Source: a virus
Lineage: Duplodnaviria; Caudoviricetes
DNA: 64,000 bases
IMG/VR virus record: IMGVR_UViG_3300021399_000108
Span: 99,521-163,520 of that record
Direction: 5' to 3' (one strand)
Positions 10,895 to 26,800 of the stretch are shown in pieces. The position numbers and the translations under genes are program-made. Within the stretch, counting starts at the first letter, position 1, and every line of letters starts with the position of its first letter. Below the pieces are notes generated by a model. It worked only from the letters and a program-made list of their open reading frames with translations. It was not told the origin of the DNA and searched no databases.

Positions 10895-13800
10895 TTACGT
10901 GTTTATTGGTGGGAAATAAAAGTATTGGGAAACAACTTGGCCCCAAGGGTTTGCAGCATATAAATAAAGATGGGCTGCTAACCCTGCGCCACAATAAATT
11001 GTGTTACGAACTATCCTAATAGGACTATTTTGAATACCAATTTCAGTAACATAAGGTTGATTATTTTTTGCGTCTGTAGTAGTATAAACTGCATATAAAT
11101 TATTGCAAGTTAATATTTCACCATTAATTGACTCAAAAGGAACAATAGTCGCAGAAAGCCTGCCACTACTTCCAACAATAGTAGTAGTACTACCACCACA
11201 TTTCCAAATAATTTGTTCTGGACTAACTGAAGCTAAATTTAAAGAAAAAATTCGTTCATCATCTGCGTGTATTTCTACAGGTTCAGTTAAAGTAGAATCC
11301 GCATTTTGATAATCCCAATGAATTATTTTGTTAGAATCGTAAGTAGGAACAATATTATCAGTGCTAGCCACATAATTATTATTTATATATTCAGGGCCGC
11401 TTTGCCGAACAATAATTGAAGCTATTTGATCCTATGATGTAATTAACATATTATTATCATTAATATTTGGCTGAAAGATCAAAGAATAATTAATTTTAAT
11501 ACGATAGAGTCTATCATTACTAGTATTATTAACATTAACTATATTATTATTATCTATTATTAGTTCATTAAGATTAATTAAACTAAAACGTAGATTTGCA
11601 GAAAAACAAATATTACCATTTATTTCTTTATAAGTAATATGATCTATTTCAAATAATATATTTTGATTATTTAATGTTATATTTTTATTTGTATCTGAAA
11701 TTAATTCTAAGATAGCGGAAACACAATTAATCATAATTTGATTATTATTAATAATATTAGTAATATTTTGTTCTCCAATCAAAGCTTTAGAAATTGAAAA
11801 ATTAATTGTACCAATTTTTACTGCCGTATCTCGTGCGATAGCCCACCATTGTGTTAAACTCGTCGCGGTTACTACAAGTGGATAAGTCACCTTTAAAGAA
11901 GAATATCCTGTTTCTGGAATTATTAAAGTATTTACAGTGAAATTTTTACAAGTACATTTAATCTGTGTTCCATTATCTCGTAAATTATTTGCTGTATCTG
12001 CCATTAATGGTATACGGATTGTTAAAGTTGTTCGATCAGATAAAAATGTTGCAGAATATCTAGCATCTGTAGTAGTAGCATTAATATTATCATTATTTAC
12101 AGTTAAATTAATAGGCGTAGATGAACCCGCTGGAATAATCGTCCAAGTATACTCTAATGCATGGTTAACTTTAATAGTAATTGTTTTTTCATTATATTCT
12201 TGTCCATTTTGTCCATCTGCTTTAAGCAATACAATAGAAGGCGATAATAGTTCATTTGCATCAATAATCTCCATTGGCGTAACAAACTGTATAGCATTAG
12301 TGAATTTATACCAATCAGTGTATCCATTTGTGCTAGTACCAACTCTACCACGGATAAACTTGCCATTTAATAATGTATGTATAGTACTAATATTTACATT
12401 ATTAGCTACAGTTAATGTTAATGTAGACTTACTTTGTGTTGAAGAATTAGATTTTTTATTTGTAGTATTACTTAATGTTATATTATTACCACCAGTTGTA
12501 TTATTTAAATAAGTACTTAAATCCTACCAATTATTCGTGCCATTTGTACTAATTTGCCATTCTGCAGCTAAATTATTATTTAATGATGCTAATGCTACTT
12601 CTGAAGTTAAAATAAATTTTAAAAGTTTTTGCGCAGGATATTCTATTGCTGTAATTGACTCTTCATCTATAGTAGGAATAATCCAAGGCGCAGTATCTCG
12701 GCCATAACATATGAATGGTTCTCCTAATATTCCAGCAGCATTATTAACATAATGATTAAGATTTTTAACCACCAAACGTATATATTTAGTTGAACTATCT
12801 TGAAATAATGTGTCAAAAAAATTACCATTAGTGTTATTTATTTGTAAAGTATGCGTAAAGATATTATTATTACTTTCTTTATTAATTGTTATATTATTTT
12901 GATAAACAGAATTAATATGTGGGGTATCTTCTTGCCCTTCATAATAATCTAAAATTGTTACAGCATTATTAAAATTCTAATTATTGCTTATTTGCCAGAT
13001 ATAGTGATTTGTACTCATATCAGAAATATAATTATTAGAAACTTTATAACTTAAACGTAAATTATGATTAATATTATTTTTAATTACAGTCTGTTCATGT
13101 AAAGAACTTGACGCATAATTTATCGAACTATCAGATAATGCCCGAATATGTGTAGAATCAATTATATTTGATTCATTATTATTTTCATCATATTCAATAT
13201 TCGTGCCAAGTTGATTACCAGCAATCAATCGCACCGTCCAATTATATAATTTTTGATTAGTTGTACTTACTAATTGAATCGTCGAACGAGTTAAAGCTGT
13301 TGAATTAACTAAACGAACATTGTTTTTATAGGCTGCTATGTTAGTAAAAACATATTTATCTGTAGTATTATTTGCTGAATGTGGTTCAATAGATTGAGTA
13401 ACATTAAACCACGATCCATTATCATTATTTTTTGCATACCAAACATAATAACTAAATTCCTATTTTCGTTCTGGAGATATACTATAAGTTAAAGTACCAT
13501 CATAAGCTCTTAATTTATTATTAGAATTTAAAAAATTTTGATAATCTTGAGGTAAATTACTAATATTTAAATGCACAGTTCCATCAGTATTGTTATCCCA
13601 TTGGTATAAATTTGGAATTAACACAATCTACGCCACATCATTATTGCTAGTAGTTGGTTTTCTCCTTGGATATGGATTATCTTCATTAGAGGTAATTGGC
13701 TTATATACAAAACTAATAGGCTATTTATTTTCTACTATCATTTTTAAAATATCGGGATGCTTACTTAAATCAATACAAGGATAAGCTTGTTTATATTGTG

Positions 13801-15865
13801 CTGCTGTATATTCATAATATATATCTTGTTCTCCTTCAAATAATTCATCATCCCATTTGAAATAAGTATTTTCAGTAGAACCATCAACAGGTTTTAAATC
13901 ACTTAATTTAATTGTAAATCTTTCATTATATTGATCGCCATAATCAGTATAATCTTCAGGTTGCCAATAACCTTCACGTAAAGCCGGTCCCATCAATGCA
14001 TTAAAATTTTTAATAGTATCAGCTTTTTCTTGCAATAATTTTTGATATTGTTTCTCTACCGCAACGTCAAAAAGATTAGCTACATTAATACCACGTAAAT
14101 CTTCTTTTGCTGAAGTACCATAAAGGCTATATTTAATACGCGCAAGTTCTTGCTATAAAGATTCACGCCGTGCTTCATCTTCTGCCAATTTATTTATCCA
14201 CATATTCACGATACGATCATAATATAATTTAGGACGATAATCATAAGTAATATAAATTGTTTTTGACTCAATAGCATCATCATAATAAATATTACTAACT
14301 CGTATTACTTCGCCTGCTTCATCAAATTGAATTATTCCAGTTTTTATTTCTTCTTTTAAAGTAGAAGACTTATAATTATAAGTTCTATATAATTTGATAG
14401 TTTCAGGATATACGCCTTTTTGAGTAATTTTAACATAATATGTATTATCCGTATTAGCACCAGTATCTTTTAATAATACAGCAGTTTGTGGATGGTCATT
14501 ATCTACAGATAATACTTCTGTACCATTCGTAATCGCTTTTAAAAGAGCTTCATTGTTAAGTTTTTGTTCCATATCTAATGCAATTGAATTTTTACAAGTT
14601 GTTAATTCTGCCTATAATTTTACTAATTCAGATTGTAGAAAAATTACTTTTGCGGCAACAGGTGTAATTTTCTAATTAATACTACGTATTTTTAATAAAT
14701 AATCTTCTACTGCATCATATTGTTCTTTAGTAATACCACCAATTTTATATAAATAATCAAAATTTAATATATAATCTTCTTGACTTTTATTTGCGCCAAC
14801 ATCTATAATAGTTAAAGTACCGGTATCATTATCTATGTTTTTTACATATAATTTTGTAACTAAATCTGTACTGTCTAAAGAACGATTAATACTATTTGTT
14901 TGATATGGATAAGTAATATCACTTAATCCATTTTGTTCGTTTAAAAAATTATTATAATAAACGACAGTCCGCCCAATGATATGTCCAATTTCATCATGTT
15001 CATAAACATATTTACAAAATACTCCAAAAGTCTATGCTAATGTTTGAGTAATATTATAAATATTACTATCAGATATGTCAATACTAACACGAGCTTTTTC
15101 ACGAGCATAAGTAATATGAGATGGAACTAATTTATTGTCTTTTAGCTTCCATGCATCAATAAAATCCTATTCATAAACTTTATTTGCCGCACGTTTATGC
15201 ATCTATATAAAAATATCATTTGCGGTAGTATAGTCTTCTAATACGCCTTCTGTTTCTGTTCTTGATAAAGAATAATTATCCCAATTCATTTCAATTTTGT
15301 ATTTCCAATTACTAATAGTGCTAAATACTTTATCATTCCAATAATTTAAAGTCGCTAATGGTTCTATTGTTTGAATATTACCATATCCATCAGTCCATTG
15401 TCCGTTCGTTGCCCAATCATAATCATCATTATAAAAATCTTGAGCAGATAATGAAATTTTATATCCAATTTTACCTAATTCATGAAAGGCTAAACCTTCG
15501 CATTCAACTTCACAATATAAGCTATTGTCTACATCATGTTTTTCTTTTACTTTTACAATTAAAAACTAATAAATTTTTTTATTCTAATTATCTTTATTAA
15601 AGATAACTTTTATTTTTCTCATATTAGTTAATAATGCACCAGATTCCACATTATACCAACTTGGATTAGGAATTTTTTCTCCCTCTTTATAATAATACAT
15701 GGGAATGGTAAAAGAAAAAGTTTGTGTCCCATCATCACGATCGGTTAATTTACCATTTTCAATTTGTCCTTTAAACTATAATCCATATTGCTTCAGGATA
15801 GCAATAAAGCTATCCTGAAGACTCCATAACGAAACTTCATAATCACGGGTTCGTCGTTGAATCAT
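10895..15865 (-). CDS. Baseplate hub / Tal-like N-terminal part with long beta-rich (Ig-like) extension (1656 aa, TAG read-through)
   Basis: Six ORF-track fragments share the frame from ATG 15865 to TAA 10895; position downstream of Dit; repeated Y.W..S.....W units. Confidence 0.75.
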
Positions 15866-15883
15866 ATCTCCTTTTCCTCCTTA

Positions 15884-18800
15884 TTATAAATATAAATTTT
15901 TATATATTATAATAAAATTTTGTAATGGTATATCACCATCATATGTAACTTTATGACATAAAGTCCGATCCTATTCTGACCAAGGTTTAATTTTATTAGT
16001 TATTGGCTAAAAATGATTTTGTTCTGAAAATACTAATTCATTTAGTAAAATCATATCGCCTATTGATTCATTAGTCGTATGTAATTCATTGTATCGTAAA
16101 GAAGATAAATAACAAATTTCTTTTGGGTCATTTAAATTCTATAATATGCCATGCGGCCAATTAATAGTATTATAATTAATCTTCATTTCATATTGCCCAG
16201 TTGCACAATCAATACTTATTGGACATAACTGATTTATTGTAGGACTAACAGCTTGCGCGCGTAATCCTCTTGGTACAATATTTCCCATTAATTTAGGCGT
16301 TGACATTAAAGATGCAGAGCCATTAGGTGTTCCTGAAATGCCTTGAAGCGAAACTAAAGTTAATTTAAAATTATTTATTACAGGAAAATTAGATGGCGTA
16401 TACATTCTACTAGAATTAACTCTGTTATCACTATAACCAGTAGCTCCGCCTATATTGCCCGGCCAAGACGTAGTGCCGTTTTGTTTTAAATAATAACTCA
16501 ATATTTCTAATGTAATTATAGCATCACTTGCAAAATGTTCAATTATAAACTATTTTTCGTCATTATTTGCCCATGTCTCCTCTATTCCTAAAACAGTATT
16601 ATTTTGACAAATACGAACTTTAAATTTAAACTATATAGTAGATGGAAATGACATTTTTAATTTTAACTTAATTTGTGAGTATGTATTAACTACCGTTATA
16701 GGAAATTCTAAAATTGTTTGCCAAGCATTTATATTATTTTCGTACTTCTTTAAACATGTATTAACAGCGTTTTCAGTAGTGGTAGACGTTGCCAAAGGAC
16801 CGATATTATCGACATAATCATCATTATCAGCATCCGGCTATAAAGTCGGCGCTGTACCACTACCTATCCAACTATTATTATTATATGTAAATATATAATG
16901 GACATAACAATCCTCTATCTTCTCATAAGCAGCGCCAGATACAGATATCGTCCCATTCGGGGTATTAGCAGTTCCCGAATATTGATAATAATGTAAACAA
17001 GGCCATGTCCAGGACGCGTCAGGACTTTTAAAGTTTAAAATTGATTTATCAATATCTTCAATTTTACTTGTTTTTATAATAATAGAAATTGTAATTGGAG
17101 TATTTTCACTACTATATGTTTTAGTAGTATCATAAAGATCTGTTACTTTACAATAATATTTCATATTATTATAAATATTAACTAAATTGCTTGTGCTTGT
17201 TGCTGTTAATTTATAAGTATTTGAATTATTATTAATAGCTGTTGTTTGTGCATTTTTAATACTATACCAAGTAATTTTAGAATAATCCCCAGTAATAGTA
17301 TATGACAAATTACGTGTCCAATTATTACCAATAGTAATTTCATTACCATTTTGATCTTCTAATATATTTAATTTAGTATAATATGTCCAATTAATAATAC
17401 TTCCTTGTGGATTACTAATTGTTGGTATTATTGCAACATTTAAATAAATTGCTTGTGAATTATCAGGATATATCCGAGTCTATATTTCATTTGAAGGAGT
17501 TGTAACAGTAATTTTAACCTCACATTTATACCAACCTTGATTATTTTTAGTTAAAGCATTATTAAAAGTAAAGGTATTAATTATATTAGTATTAGTAACT
17601 TCATAAATTTTAGTTGCGTTAGACCAATCTGGCTCGCTTGTAGTTTGTATTATTTTATTAGTAAAATACCAACTATAAGTAAAACTATAATCTTGTGCAG
17701 ATGGTGGAACTCTAGTTTCGTGAGAAACAGATAATTTAATTCCTGAATCTCCTGCATATTGCTAAAAACTAGTTTTTCCATATTGAATGACTGGTAATGT
17801 ATTTAAAAAATCATCAACTTCTTGATCCATTTCTGAGGGTTCTAGCTATCGAATAATAATAGTTTGATTGGTAGGCAATGTAAGAGTTTCATCGTTATTT
17901 CCTCCCGCAACAAATCTAATTTGATGATTAAGATCATTCCATGTTTTACTAAAAACCCATTGCAGTTTTGCTTCTGTTGCTTTAATAGTAGGCTGCGCGA
18001 GAGAAGTGGTAATTTTAGTCCATTTATTACCACCATCACTTGAGACCTAGAATCGACTTTTACTTGCAATCATATCTTTCATGCCAGTAATAGATATAGT
18101 AATTGTCGACCCTGCACGAATCGGTATTGGCTTATCAAATGAAGTAACAGCTGGTGCAGTATAAGAGTCTAATGTTGATGACACTGACACTAAAGGATTA
18201 ATTGCCTCTAACCGTTTTAAGTTCATAGTAATTAAAGGAGAATCAATATAACTATTACTAGAAGTTTTATTTACTGCATCAATTTTATATAAGCGTATCT
18301 TAAATGTAGTGTTACGTAAATTTTTTCCTGCGACTGACTCCAATGCAGTAAATTGAAAACTAATACTTTTTTTATTTGTAGCAACTGTTAATTTACCATT
18401 TTGAATTTGACCATTATAGTTATTAACATTATTACTACTTGTTTGTGTAGATCCCCATAAAGTTTCCGTACCGGTACCTTTAGGGTAATAATATAATTCA
18501 GGATAATAATATAATTGTGTAGAAGCATCATATTCTTCTAAAAAATTACCAACAATATTCCAACGTAAAGTACTTGAGCCACCTTGATTAAAAGTAACAC
18601 TAGATGATGCAGCAGTAATGGTAATATTACTATTTAATTGTTTTATCTATAAAATTGTTGCTGTTCCTGTATAAGAAGTACTATTACTTACAATACAACG
18701 TAAATACACTCCATAATCTTCTTCTGTAACATTTAAACAACTTAAAGTTCCTGTTTCATCATTTATCGACCATTTATTTTCTTCATCAAAAATTAGGAAC

Positions 18801-20872
18801 CATTTAGTTTTATCTTTACTATATTGCCATTGATAATATAATGCTTTATTATTTTTTTCAACTTGAATAGTAAAACTTTCTCCTAAATTTACTAAAATTT
18901 CATTATTTGTAGTAATTTTTATGCGAGAATTTAAACGTACAAAAGTAGGCTATTCTAGTTCTTCTGCAGTTTTTTGTATTGTAGATGGTGGATCTTCTTG
19001 CTCTTCAATACCTGCTTCAGAAAAAGAAACAAATAAATATGGCATATAATTTAATAATTGCTGCTTAAAATCATCATCAACTATTAATATTTCTGTATTA
19101 TTATTTATATTATAATTATTTGCATAAATATTAATGCAATTAATAATCCAACTACGTACAATCTGATGACTAACATTATTACGCAATAATTCAATCATAC
19201 TCACAATATCTAAATCTTTATATTGTGGATTTTTAAGAATATTAATTACTTGATTATACGCTGTAAAAATTGCAGGAGTAGTTAATTTAAGTTCATGCTT
19301 ATTTTCGCTCTATAAATTTAATATATTATACTATTTATTATTAGTATGTTTACTATAAAAATTACTAAAAGTATCAATATAACCATTGTTATCAAAATGT
19401 ATGGGCACATTAAATTTAATATGCGGATAAGAAATCGCAGTTCCTGAATAAAAATATGATAAATTATTATTATTAGTTAATATAATATTTTCGCTATCAG
19501 AAAAAATAATTAAATTTAATTTTGCTATAGTGAAAAAATTAAATTCACCATCAGTGTCTACATTCCATTCATTAATGGGTACACTAATCGTTATACGTAT
19601 AAAAAGATTCTAAGCAGCAGTATATAAAGGATGCGATAAATCTAAAGGATATATAGTATCAAATTCATATTGCGCATTCTTTTTATGATAAGTTGCTACC
19701 CTAATTAACCCATGAGGTTTATTACCAATATATTGAATAGTTGAACCTTTTTTAATCGGAATATAGCTCATTATAGACTTTAATAATAAATGAGTTTCAT
19801 TTGATGCATATTGTCGTTCCTCAGCAGCTCCCGTAATAGAAGAAAATTCAATATTGTCCCGTGCTTGCGTAGCGGGAATTGATGTAATAATCTAATCCTA
19901 TTGATATGGGAGTCGATAAACGGGTCCAGCAATTGCGCCTGTCAATGGATAATTAATATCTAATAAATCATTAACAATAGGTGCATTTTTCCCGTCTAAA
20001 GCTTCTGAATTTTGTTCTGAATCCAATGTATATTTACGTGCATTATATTCCTATAATCGTAATCCATTAGCAAAATTAATCTATGATGTAACCATACTTC
20101 CAATAGGTATATGATCTTCTACCATAATTTTATAACCATCATTATCTAAAACTGAGATAGTCTCACCATTTGCATCCTTCCATTGATCAACAAATAAACT
20201 ATGCCCATAACTATCATATACCATTTTTCCAAGCACATCATCAATTGCATACCAAAATGGCTCATCCATAGTTAATTCTAATTGAATATTACCTTTATAT
20301 TCAATTATTTTAATTTCTCGTTCTTCATTATTAATTGCAATATATTCTATTCTTTGAAATGGAATCATAGATATTTGTGGAGCACTACTTACACGTGCAA
20401 GTATACCGCGATTAGGATGCTCTGCGAAAATTAATTCACGAATTTCACCTGGTTGGAACCAAATTTTAAAATTATCTAATTCGTATTGAGTCATACCATC
20501 AGTTGCAAGACTAATACTCATTTCACGTGCTTGATAATGTGAACCCCAATAATATTGCCCATTTAACATTTTTGCCTAAGTAATATAATCTTCATGAGGT
20601 GGTGGAGATTCTCGATCTAAACGATCACTCATTGTAACTGCATTTAATCCAAAATCCTAAATTCGTTTTCCTCCATAGGTAAAACTAATGTATGCCTTAT
20701 CAAAGAAGGGGAGGGAAATATATTTCCCTCCCGTAATATTCCCTTCTGAATCCTTTTCTGTCACCCATTTATGTGTATTACGAAAAGTCTGGCCATGCTT
20801 AGTAACATCTACTGGAATTAATGGCGAATTTCTACCACTTATAGACCCATAATTCATATAATGTTTTGCCAT
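15884..20872 (-). CDS. Evolved distal tail protein (Dit-like) with inserted Ig-like domains (1662 aa, TAG read-through)
   Basis: ISFTYGGKRI*DFGL, GQYYWGS, ELIFAEHP, YKGNIQL, C-terminal YKNLYL; fragments in one frame; directly after the tape measure gene. Confidence 0.75.
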
Positions 20873-20880
20873 TTTATCCT

Positions 20881-23800
20881 TTACCTCCTACTAAGTCCAC
20901 GAGTTCCACTTTTACGAGCAATTTTTAACATTTCATCCATTACCGTATTGCCTATTGAGCGGACATCATAGTCATTAGCAATCTATTTTACATTTACATT
21001 AACATCAACATTTTGGATGTTAATTCCATTACTCTCTTCTTGATGTAAAGTGCTAGAACTATATGTTACTCCATGCATTTGATGCACTATTTGTTGTGCT
21101 AACGATAATAAAGAATTAGAACCACCAAATAAATAATCACGAAGCATTTGTGTTTGTTCAGCATTAATAAAAGCTTCCGGCCGCTGAGGAGTACCATCAA
21201 CTTGCGCAAGACCAGTATAATCGACAAGTCCACCTGAAGAATAATACTTTTTATTTGCTAACCTCTTATGAATTTGATTTAATTTATCATAATTATTATT
21301 ATAAGCATTCTTTGCACTATCAATAGTAGCTTGTGAATATAAATTTGGACTATTGATAATATTCTAATAACTATGCATTAATTTTAGAATATTTTGTTGG
21401 TCTTCCACAGATTCGCCATCTGCTGCTCTAAATGTCCACGAAGTCTTTTTAGAAGCAGTAGTGGAAGTATTTTTATTTGTATTACTATTATTATTATTTC
21501 TATTATAATTATAATCACTTCCATAATCATAATCTTTATAATTATTTTTCTTATAATCAGTAGTAGGAGTAGTAATAGGTGTACTAGTATCCTCAGAAGT
21601 TTCATCAGGCATACGAGGCATCTCTCCAAGAACTGCTTTAAATATAGCGTCAGCGGCTTCACCAGCCAAATTAATATCACCTGTATCTTGTAATACTCTA
21701 TCAAATTCAGCTTTAGCTTGTGATTTTAATTCATCACTTGCTCTTTCACCATAATAACGATCTCTAGATTGCGAATAAGAATTCCAATCATAATATCCGC
21801 CACTGTTCATATCTGGTGCTGATTCATCATCTCGATAACTTATCCATTCATTAATACGTAAATCAATATCACGTATTTTTTCAGCAACATCTAATGCAGA
21901 AGCACTTTGGAAGTCAGGCGTGTTTTCCATAATAAATTGACGAATTTGTTCTGGAGTACTAGCCATAATTTGGTAAACTTCATCCCATAATAATCCTTGC
22001 TACTTTTGATACTCTAAAGCTTCTGTCATAATTTCAATTTGAGAATCCATACGTTCAATTTGTAGGTCAGAAGCTTTTTGAATTGCTGCAATTTGTTGCT
22101 ATTGTTGGCTAAAATATTGATCCTGCTCTTTCGCCGCAATTTGTTCTTGTAAACCATGAATTTGTGATGCTGAACCGCCAGATCTTTGTAAAATTACTAC
22201 TTGTCGACGTAATTTAACCAATTCTTTTTCATTTTCAGCATTTTCATACATTTGCCGTTCTTCTTTTAATTGATCATTTAATCCGTCAATATAGTTTTGA
22301 GTACTCTTTTCAAGTGCATCACGTTCATTCTGTAATTCATCAATTAATTTTTGCTATCTAGCCTCAATAGCTTTTAATACATCTTGTTCTACCGATAATT
22401 GATTGTCAACGATAGTCTGTAATAACTAATTTCGTTTATCTTCATTTTCAAGTACTGTATTTAACTGTTCATGATATTCATCATAAATGCTATCTAAATC
22501 TTCTTTCCAACCATCGAGATTATCCCAGAAATTATTCATCATATCTTCATAAATTTTATCAGGATTATCTTTATAATCGTCAGATGATGCATCAATTACA
22601 GTACCATCACCATTATATTTTAAATTCTAAGTGTTAAATCCGATACTACGTAAATATTCAATCTGCGTTTTAGCATTAGTTGCCGCGCCAGAAGTTTCAC
22701 CATACACATTCTTTTCATTTAATTTGAAAAGAACATCCATACCTTTATCAATGCCATCTTTTAATTGTAATAAACCATTTTCATCATAAGTATAAAAACG
22801 TCCATAATCAGATTCAGTAAATTCTTGTCGTTTAGCTTCATAATAACTCTTTTGTAGCATAGCTAGCTCTTGATTACGTATAATCTACTGATCTAATAAA
22901 TCTATTTCACGTTTATAACTTTTATATACTGCCTAGCCATTAGCAATTCTATCGCTTTGTAATTTTGATTGTAACGTCTATTGATAAGTAATATCTTGCT
23001 CAATTTTAGCAATTTGACGTACTAAATTATACCAACGTTCAATATCATCTAAAATAGCTTTTAGTTGCGGAGGTTTCTTACCGCCACCTCCGCCGCCTCC
23101 GCCACCACCTTCATTACCAGCGAGAGCACCAAGATCTTTCATTGAAGCGCCAAGCATAGCTTGCCACATTGCGCGAATTTGTTTTAACGCAGCTAAGACT
23201 GCTTCAGCGCTCGCCATAGCAGGACCTGTACCTTTAGCCCAAGCAACGGCAGTACGCTAATTAGTTATTGGTTTTCCACGGCCAGCATGTCCATTAGCTA
23301 ATAATCGTTTTGTTTGTAAATGATTAAAGACAATAGCATCAGGTGCTAAATCTACCATTTCAGCACCATTCTAGCCAACAAGGCGATAACGGCCATCCGA
23401 TACCACTAATTCAGGACCAAGTTCACCCATTAATGTTTTTTGGCCACGAGCTAATGCAACGTTACCTTTTGCTGCAACTTGTACTGGACCTAAAGGAGAC
23501 TGACTAGTCACAGTGCCATTAGTAGCTTTAACTTCAACCTAAACTGATACATGTACAGGAGGTTTAGAACCGCTTGGTAAATTATTATAAGTATTACGAA
23601 TTGCACCAGCAGCCCGTGTTACTCCACTAGAAGCTTCACTTGCTGCACTACTCATGCTACTCATAGCCCCAGCAAAAGATTCAACTGCGCCACTAACGTT
23701 TCCTGCCGCAGCATTAACAGATTCTACCGCTTGATTTAGTGTATCTGTTGCAGCCTGTACAATAGCTTGTGCTTGCGCAGCGCCTTTATCATCTTTTGCA

Positions 23801-26800
23801 GAAGAGCTACTTTCTTTGCCAGAGGTTTCAGAAGTTTCAGACGGTTTAGTTAAATTATCTTCTCTCGCATCTTTAACTTGTTGTTCACTAATATTTTGTA
23901 CCGTAGATCCAACATTATCAACCGCAGATTCAAGAGATTGTAACGCAGTAGCTGTTTGTTCACCACTTTGTTCGACTGCGCTTATAGTATCAGCACCGCT
24001 CTTATTGACAGTATCTACTAATTCAGCAGCAGTATTATTTTTTCCAGTAGTATCAACAGTATTTAACATTGCACCAGGATTTGCCGTATCTCCGCCAAGA
24101 TTACTATTAATAATACTTGCACCAGCAACATCAATATTATCTGCAACTAAATCAACATGCACTGGACCAGAAATTTCTACTGATTGACCATCAGCAGTAA
24201 TATCTGCTTTTAATTGTACATCAGACTAATTAATTTTACTTTGTAAATCATTATTAAAAGCAGCATCTGTATTCTAGGCTAATTTAAATTCATAATTTGC
24301 TTCAAACGTAATTGGATCTTTTTGATAAGCAGCCTAAATATCTTCTTTTGTTTGTAACTGATTAGCTTTTAATTTTTGAATTTGATCTGCTGATAATTGA
24401 CTTACAGAACTAATTTCAGGGGTAGCATCAAATTTTAAAGCAATACGTGCTTCTTTCGTCGTTCTTGAAGGATTACTTTGAATATATTGATCTACCATAG
24501 CTTGCTCTACTTGTGCCCAAGTATCATATTGCTTGCCATTAACTTCAAATCCTTTATCTTCTCCTGGCTGAATAGCAAATACTTGTCCTGCAATTTCCAT
24601 CATAGTACGGCCTTGAGAATCAACTACTATATTATCTCCTTTGCCTCGTCTACTATCAGTAAATTGCTTAATAGTATCTTCCGCGGTTTTCTTATTACGA
24701 TAAGTTAATGCTGCATTAGGATCAGTAAACTATTTACCATCAACTTGATATTTTCCAGGTTCACTACTCATAATCCACTAGCCATCTTGAACAACTAATG
24801 TATTACCATCAGGCATCTTATATTGTAAATTAAGACCAGATTGAGCAATTAAATCTAGATTTTCTTGTGCCAAAGGATTCTATAAATTAAAATCATCTGA
24901 TTGTACTAATTTATAAAAAGAATTCCAAGCATTTGTAAATGTTTTAACATCAATGTCTTTAAAATCTTTCGCACCTTTAGTAAATAACTATTGTAAAGAC
25001 ATAGTAGTATTATCTAAAGTAATTTGTGTATTCTAGATTGCATTTTGTAAATCCTTATTATCTTTTGCCATATTAAGAATCTAACTTCTAAAATCTTCAA
25101 ATTCTTTAGTAAAACCATTAGCCCAATCTTTGCCATTAGCAAAAATTTCGCCCATATCAATACTACCACTAAAGTCAGTATCGACACTTCCTAATTTCTA
25201 CATGGCTACAATAGTCTCTAAGAAAGCAATAAGACCATCTAACATATCAATTTGAGATTGCGCCATTGCATGAATGCCGTCTTCAATATTACCAGACATT
25301 CCTGCGGCACCACTCTCAAAATCAATGCCAATACCTTCTAAAGTAACTTTTGCACCTTTGCCATCTACATTTTTAATAGTCTGGAAACCTTTTTCAATAA
25401 GTTTAGTCATATTTTCGATTCCACCATCTAAAGTTTCACCAAAAATAGTAAACTCTTTACCAGTTAATCCAGCAATATTGTTCATTTCATTAACAATATT
25501 ATAAAAATCTTGAATAGCATAGCCACCATTTTCCGCGGCATTATTCATAGCATTAAAAGCGTTACCCCAAGCGTTCCAATAATTTTCTGGCCCTTGAAGA
25601 TAATCAGGCAAACCTTGACCCATAAAGTCATAAGCAGAAGGATCTCCACCTGCGCGTTGTTGAGCAATTTGTTGATATAATTCTAATTCTTGCTGTAACT
25701 TCCCAATTACCTTATCAGCATTCGCCGCGGCTTTAGCATCACCACTCGCACGTGCTTGCGCAGCATTCTTAGTCGCTTCTGTAATTTGTCGCTGTAAATC
25801 AGCAATTTTTTGCATTTGGCCAGTCATAGTCTGCATTCCAGCAGTAGAACCAAATGTGCGTTCAGATAAGCCTTCAAATAGTTTAGATGCTTGCACACTA
25901 TCAATTTGTTTTAATGCAGAATACATACGAATCGCAGCGTCAGTAGTCAATTTAAATCCATCAGCTGTTCTAATAAAATCATTATCCGATAAATCTTCTT
26001 GTAAAAATTGTTTTGCTTGACTGATTACGCTACGTTTTCCAGAGCCACTTAAATTACCACTAATACCATTAGATAAAGCATCAATGAAACCTTCAAGTAC
26101 TTCTTGTATCGCATCCTGAATTGCTTGTAATTGCTCAGGAATAATCATTCCTGCGTCAGAACATGCTTGCGCAATTGCATTTGCAACACCTAATAAATCA
26201 GATTCTTCTACTATTGTAGCTATACCGTCTTCTAAAAGAATACCAAAATCTTTAAAAATAGAAGTATCTTTAAATATATTAGCTAAAGTAGAAAGATTTA
26301 ATTTATCACCAGGCTTAGCTTCAAGAATAGAATTGATTTCTTCCTCAATAGATTCTCTTAATCTTGTTTGTTCTTCAATAACAGTATCCTGTAAAGAACT
26401 ATAAGCTTCAATAAATTCTTTAGAAGACTCATTAACATTAAACTTTTGTGCAAATTGATGAAGATTTAATCTTAAATTATTAGCATCAATCATTGAGAAG
26501 ATACCTTCATCTTGCATTTGTTGCATAATTTGATCAGTTAATGTGTAACCTTGTTCTTCTAAGAAATTCCCAAATTCACTTAAAGTCATAGATGCTGCAT
26601 TACTTAATACTTTGGCAACACTAGTATCTTGCGCGCCAGTAGCATCCCAACTTTTCTTAAGTAATTCGTTCAATTTATCTTGAGATAAATGCTAAGCTAA
26701 GCCTTCATAATATGCTTGCATATAAGCATTAGCAAGTTGATCTGGACTAATAGCTTGAGTAACTTTCCATACATCAGAAGTACCTTGCCGTTCCGCAGCA

